A DNA stretch of 55,827 bases from assembly GCA_024645105.1 (NCBI GenBank), contig JAHEGM010000003.1, positions 1 to 55,827 on the forward strand, read 5' to 3'. The position numbers and the translations under genes are program-made. The first letter of the stretch is position 1, and the number at the start of each line of letters is the position of its first letter. The notes beneath the pieces were generated by a model that worked only from the letters and a program-made list of their open reading frames with translations, ran no database searches and was not told the origin of the DNA. The stretch comes from Rhodoluna sp. Lineage in GTDB: Bacteria > Actinomycetota > Actinomycetes > Actinomycetales > Microbacteriaceae. This document shows positions 51,780 to 55,827 of this stretch, piece after piece.

Positions 51780-52649
51780 CTATGGAAGGGTCAAAATTTC
51801 AGGACCATCCTCGGTGATGACAATGGTGTGTTCGAACTGCGCGGTGATGCTTTTATCTTTAGTCACTACGGTCCAGTTGTCTGGCCACATGTCCCACTCG
51901 TGAGTGCCCAGGGTCAGCATTGGTTCAATGGTGAAGACCATGCCAACCTTTATTTCTTCGTTGTATAACGGAGCCGAGTCATAGTGCGGAATGATCAGAC
52001 CCGAATGGAATGATTCGCCAATGCCGTGACCGGTGAAATCGCGAACCACTCCGTAGTTGAAGCGTTTGGCGTAGGTTTCAATTGCTCTACCAATGATGTT
52101 TATTTCGCGACCCGGGAGAGCGGCGTTGATCCCGCGCATCATGGCCTCGTGGGTGCGCTGAACCAAGTCTTTGATTTCAGGTTTGACCTCACCAACCATG
52201 AAGGTCTGATTGCTGTCCCCGTGGAATCCATTCTTGAAAGCGGTGATGTCAATGTTGACGATGTCACCCTCTTTTAGCACGGTGTCATCAGGAATTCCGT
52301 GGCAGATGACCTCGTTCACCGATGAACAAAGAGACTTTGGATAACCGCGGTAGCCCAGGGTTGACGGGTAGGCACCGTTTGCAACTAAAAATTCGTGGCC
52401 AATTCTGTCTAGTTCATCGGTTGTGATTCCCGGCTTGGCATTTTGGCCAACCAGTTCAATCGCTTGCGCCGCAATCTTGCCTGCCGCACGAATCTTTTCA
52501 ATTTCCTCGGTGCTTCGAACGTCACCTTTGGTGTTTTTAGCTGGGGCTGGTTTGCCCACGTACTCGGGGCGCGCAATCTCCGTTGGAACAAATCGGGTTG
52601 GGCTCAATTTACCTTGGGTCAGGTACCCGGTTTGTGAATCGCGTGGCAT
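51780..52649 (-). CDS. map: Methionine aminopeptidase (start reassigned to ATG 52649, MPRDSQ)
   Basis: [29 protein letters not shown] and QFEHT motifs. Confidence 0.96.
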   Translation of the reverse strand: MPRDSQTGYLTQGKLSPTRFVPTEIARPEYVGKPAPAKNTKGDVRSTEEIEKIRAAGKIAAQAIELVGQNAKPGITTDELDRIGHEFLVANGAYPSTLGYRGYPKSLCSSVNEVICHGIPDDTVLKEGDIVNIDITAFKNGFHGDSNQTFMVGEVKPEIKDLVQRTHEAMMRGINAALPGREINIIGRAIETYAKRFNYGVVRDFTGHGIGESFHSGLIIPHYDSAPLYNEEIKVGMVFTIEPMLTLGTHEWDMWPDNWTVVTKDKSITAQFEHTIVITEDGPEILTLP

Positions 52650-52661
52650 AGAGTTCAGTCT

Positions 52662-52847
52662 ATGCAAGAACAAGAGCTCGAATACTGGTTTAACACCCAT
52701 ACCGGACAGGTTGAAGAGGGAAAGCAATCCCTTGCTCTGCATAGGCTAGGGCCATTTGCCACTCGCCAAGAAGCTGAGCGAGCCCCAGATGTCATTGCGC
52801 AGCGAGCGGCCGCTTGGCGCGAAGAAGAAGAGAAAGAACGCGATTAG
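52662..52847 (+). CDS. Small conserved actinobacterial protein (61 aa), function unknown
   Basis: [28 protein letters not shown] pattern; fills the map-panB gap; own -10-like box. Confidence 0.75.
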   Translation: MQEQELEYWFNTHTGQVEEGKQSLALHRLGPFATRQEAERAPDVIAQRAAAWREEEEKERD

Positions 52848-53668
52848 TTTTCGAAAGAGTGATCTTTTGAAGGAAACACTCCAGAAGCGACTTCGTTTCG
52901 ATATTCTTTGGCAGCAGCCAACAGTTCGTCTTTGAAGTTTGCGTACAGTTTCACAAACTTTGGAACAGTACTGCCGTTCAAACCAGCAAAATCCGTCCAG
53001 ACCAGAATTTGACCATCGGTCTTTGATCCGGCACCAATTCCAATCGTTGGAATTTGCAACTCCTCAGAAATCTTTTGCGAGATAGCAGTAGGGGCCATTT
53101 CAATCACCACGGCAAATGCACCAGCTTCTTGCACCGCTAGAGCATCGGAAAGCAGTTCAGCGGCGTTATCACCGCGGCCCTGAACCTTGAAACCGCCAAG
53201 GCCATTTACGCTCTGCGGTGTGAAACCAATGTGTGCCATCACCGGAATTCCAGCCTCAACAATGGCCCTAATTTGCGGCACGCTTCTTTGCCCGCCCTCA
53301 AGTTTCACTGCGGCTGCGCCGGTTGCTTTCATGATGTGAATTGCATTCTTAAGGGCGTCCGCCGGGCCGGTCTCGTAAGAGCCAAAAGGCATGTCCACGA
53401 CAACCAATGCGCGCTTTGCAGCGCTTGCGACCGCGCGACCAAAGATGACCAACTCATCAACCGTAATTGGCAGAGTGCTGGTGTAGCCCAAAGAATTGTT
53501 TGCAGCTGAGTCGCCAACCAAGATAACTTCAATGCCTGCCTCGTCAAAGATGCCTGCGGTCAAGTGGTCGTAACTTGTTAGGCAGGCAAACTTATGGCCT
53601 GCGTCCTTAAATTCTTTTAGGTGTGCCGTGCGCACTAGCTTTGGATTTGGTGCTGAGTTTGTGGTCAT
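52844..53668 (-). CDS. panB: 3-methyl-2-oxobutanoate hydroxymethyltransferase
   Basis: LTSYD, ILVGDSA, DMPFGSY, VKLEGG, HIGFTPQ and IGIGAG motifs. Confidence 0.97.
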   Translation of the reverse strand: MTTNSAPNPKLVRTAHLKEFKDAGHKFACLTSYDHLTAGIFDEAGIEVILVGDSAANNSLGYTSTLPITVDELVIFGRAVASAAKRALVVVDMPFGSYETGPADALKNAIHIMKATGAAAVKLEGGQRSVPQIRAIVEAGIPVMAHIGFTPQSVNGLGGFKVQGRGDNAAELLSDALAVQEAGAFAVVIEMAPTAISQKISEELQIPTIGIGAGSKTDGQILVWTDFAGLNGSTVPKFVKLYANFKDELLAAAKEYRNEVASGVFPSKDHSFEN

Positions 53669-53671
53669 TTA

Positions 53672-54064
53672 CTAGGCGCGCTTCCAAGCATCTACTTCAA
53701 TTTCAACCAGCATGTCTTTATTAATGAAATGGATTCCGGCGAGCATGGTTGCTGCCGGGCGAATCTCGCCAAAAATTTCACCGTGAGCTTTACCAACCAA
53801 GTCCATATCCTCAGCGTTTGCCAGGTACACGCGTGATCGCACAACGTCGGCGAGTGTGTAACCCACCTGCGCCAGAGCCTTTGCAATCACTTCGTTCAAG
53901 GTGACCAAGGTTTGGCCGTAAGCGTCGCCCTTGTGCTGCAGCTCGCCGTCAACTGTTGCAGTTGAACCTGAGACGTGAACGTACTCACCGGCAACGGTTG
54001 CGCGAGAGTAACCAATTACGGATTCCCAAGGACCTCCGCTAGAAATAAGTTTGTCAGCTGCCAT
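53672..54064 (-). CDS. Rid (YjgF/YER057c/UK114) family protein (start reassigned to ATG 54064)
   Basis: SSGGPWESVIGYSRA, VSGST, IRPAATM and LVEIEVDA motifs; AGGAG upstream. Confidence 0.9.
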   Translation of the reverse strand: MAADKLISSGGPWESVIGYSRATVAGEYVHVSGSTATVDGELQHKGDAYGQTLVTLNEVIAKALAQVGYTLADVVRSRVYLANAEDMDLVGKAHGEIFGEIRPAATMLAGIHFINKDMLVEIEVDAWKRA

Positions 54065-54086
54065 GATTCTCCTGTTGGTTAGGTGA

Positions 54087-55745
54087 TTATTTTGAGTGTG
54101 ATTGATTTGTAATTGGAAGCCTGCGATCGCGACCAAAAGCCATGCCAGTTATCTTTGGGCCAATTGCTCCCTGACGTCGTTTCCACTCAGCCCGGTCAAC
54201 GAGCGAAATTATTCGGTCTACTATCGCTGCATCAAAACCGCGTGCCAAGATCTCTTCACGGCCTAGGCGGCGTTCAATGTAGGCATCTAATAGCGAATCT
54301 AATAGGTCATATTCGGGCAAGCTGTCTTGATCTGTTTGATCTGGGCGAAGCTCAGCTGAAGGAGGCTTTGAAATTGAGTTCTCGGGAATCGGCGCAGTTT
54401 TGCCCGCTGCTTCAGCAAGCTCGTTTCGCCATTTAGCCAATTTCCAAACCAAAGTTTTCTCAACGTCCTTGATTGGGGCAAAGCCACCAACTGAATCTCC
54501 GTAGATTGTGCTGTAGCCAACGGCAAGTTCTGTCTTGTTACCTGTGGTTAGGGTCAGGTGCCCCTCGGCATTGCTTAGCCCCATCAAAATAACTCCACGC
54601 ATGCGAGCCTGAAGATTTTCTGCCGCAACGCCATCTAGTCCAAGTTGATTTTCAAAAACCGATACAAAATCTTCGATTGGCTGGGTTCTAAAATTCAATC
54701 CGATTCTGTCGGCGGAATCTTCGGCGTCACTTCTTGAATGCCCAGAAGAATATTTGCTTGGCATTGAGACACCAAATACTCGTTCGGCGCCGATTGCATC
54801 TGCTGCAATTGCGGCACAGACGGCTGAGTCAATTCCGCCGCTTAGCCCCAAAATGACTGATTTGAAATGATTCTTTTCCACGTAGTCCCGAAGACCTAGT
54901 ACCAAGGCATTCCAGATCTGGGCAAGGTCATCAGTTTTTTTGACTCGCGGCGTTGAGACGGCTGCGATCTCACTCTTTGACTCAATGTCGAAAAGCACCA
55001 GGTCAGCCTCAAATTGTGCGGCACGGCCAATCAGTTGGCCAGCGCTATCAACCAATAGGGAATCGCCGTCAAAGACCAGGTCGTCTTGGCCGCCAACAAG
55101 ATTTACGTAGGCTACTGCTGCATTGCTTGAGGTTGCCAAATCTCGAACCAGTTCAAAACGCTTATCGTCCTTATCAATCTCGAACGGTGATCCGTTTAGC
55201 ACGAGTACCACATCGGTGTTTGAATTCTGCAGCTGGGCCACTGGGCCGCCCTTTTGCCAGATGTCTTCGCAGATCAGAGTAGAAAACTTAAGCCCCTTGA
55301 ATTCAAAAGACAACAGGTCGTTGCCCGGCACAAAGATTCGATATTCGTCAAACACCGAATAGTTAGGCAGGTGGTGCTTGGCGTATCTACCCAAAGATTT
55401 CCCACCAAGCAGCACGCTGGCGCAGTTCTGAGCAACGGCCCAGTTATGCGTCTCGCGCTCTGCAGCTAGCCCTGGGTGGCCAATAATTACCGCAATGTCG
55501 CCGTAGCCACCTGTCTCAAGTTTTTGAGCCAATTCTTTGATCGCAACCTCGGCCTGCGCAACAAAGGACTCACGGGCGGCCAGGTCTTCAATTGGGTAGC
55601 CGGTTATTGCCATTTCGCCAAATAGCACCAAATCGGCACCAGCTTTGGCCGCGGCCGCAACGGCTTCGAATGCCCGGCTCGAGTTTGCGTCAATGTCGCC
55701 AACGATGGGGTTGGTCTGAGCCAGAGCTAGGCGAACTTTCGGCAT
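54087..55745 (-). CDS. nadE: Glutamine-dependent NAD+ synthetase (start probably ATG 55745)
   Basis: Nitrilase domain (E, K, ICED) plus LSGGIDS, ENLQAR, TGNKTE and PPSAEL motifs. Confidence 0.97.
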   Translation of the reverse strand: MPKVRLALAQTNPIVGDIDANSSRAFEAVAAAAKAGADLVLFGEMAITGYPIEDLAARESFVAQAEVAIKELAQKLETGGYGDIAVIIGHPGLAAERETHNWAVAQNCASVLLGGKSLGRYAKHHLPNYSVFDEYRIFVPGNDLLSFEFKGLKFSTLICEDIWQKGGPVAQLQNSNTDVVLVLNGSPFEIDKDDKRFELVRDLATSSNAAVAYVNLVGGQDDLVFDGDSLLVDSAGQLIGRAAQFEADLVLFDIESKSEIAAVSTPRVKKTDDLAQIWNALVLGLRDYVEKNHFKSVILGLSGGIDSAVCAAIAADAIGAERVFGVSMPSKYSSGHSRSDAEDSADRIGLNFRTQPIEDFVSVFENQLGLDGVAAENLQARMRGVILMGLSNAEGHLTLTTGNKTELAVGYSTIYGDSVGGFAPIKDVEKTLVWKLAKWRNELAEAAGKTAPIPENSISKPPSAELRPDQTDQDSLPEYDLLDSLLDAYIERRLGREEILARGFDAAIVDRIISLVDRAEWKRRQGAIGPKITGMAFGRDRRLPITNQSHSK

Positions 55746-55784
55746 AACCATTAGCCTAGTAGGAGCAAGAGAGAGGATTTCCCG

Positions 55785-55827
55785 ATGGAAAGACAGCGCG
55801 ATTTCGTACTTCGCACAATTGAGGAGC
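55785..55827 (+). CDS. glnA2: 5' end (partial) of glutamine synthetase, GlnA2 type
   Basis: MERQRDFVLRTIEE matches the actinobacterial GlnA2 N-terminus; GAGAGG RBS; divergent from nadE. Confidence 0.8.
   Translation, partial: MERQRDFVLRTIEE

Noticed and set aside
52650-52742. ORF-track N-terminal extension of Map
   Set aside because: Overlaps the divergent small gene; Map-like sequence and a -10 box fit ATG 52649

Overview
This is a gene-dense core-genome segment of a moderate-GC actinobacterium. Gene order and protein style point to Microbacteriaceae, probably a streamlined freshwater Luna-type lineage such as Aquiluna/Rhodoluna (inference). Left part: leuS-comEA-comEC-holA-MFS, rpsT, lepA-hemW, CIRCE-hrcA-dnaJ-rsmE-HIT-phoH-ybeY-CBS-era, a Leu leader peptide before leuA, and recO-uppS-glyQS-dusB-dgt-dnaG. 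Middle: tRNA-Asn followed by a two-component pair and azlCD, def, a DMT gene, a GT4 gene, tRNA-CAT, a GNAT gene and the aceE-fasR-fabDH-acpP-fabF-tdk-MFS run. Right part: a peroxiredoxin, tRNA-Val, an NCS1-like permease, Nif3-Zn ribbon-RNaseH/phosphatase, rnpB, ppgK, map, panB, Rid, nadE and the start of glnA2. No integrase, transposase, prophage or CRISPR array was seen. The most unusual element is the intact but catalytically degenerate two-component pair at 28859-30801. Its kinase lacks the H-box His, and its regulator lacks the conserved Lys and one acidic-pocket Asp. It is coupled to tRNA-Asn and azlCD. Other notable signals are a quasi-palindromic bidirectional leaderless promoter, a duplicated tRNA 3' end (att-like scar) and unusual extensions on the GT4 and NCS1 proteins. 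All calls come from motif recognition by eye; no searches were run.
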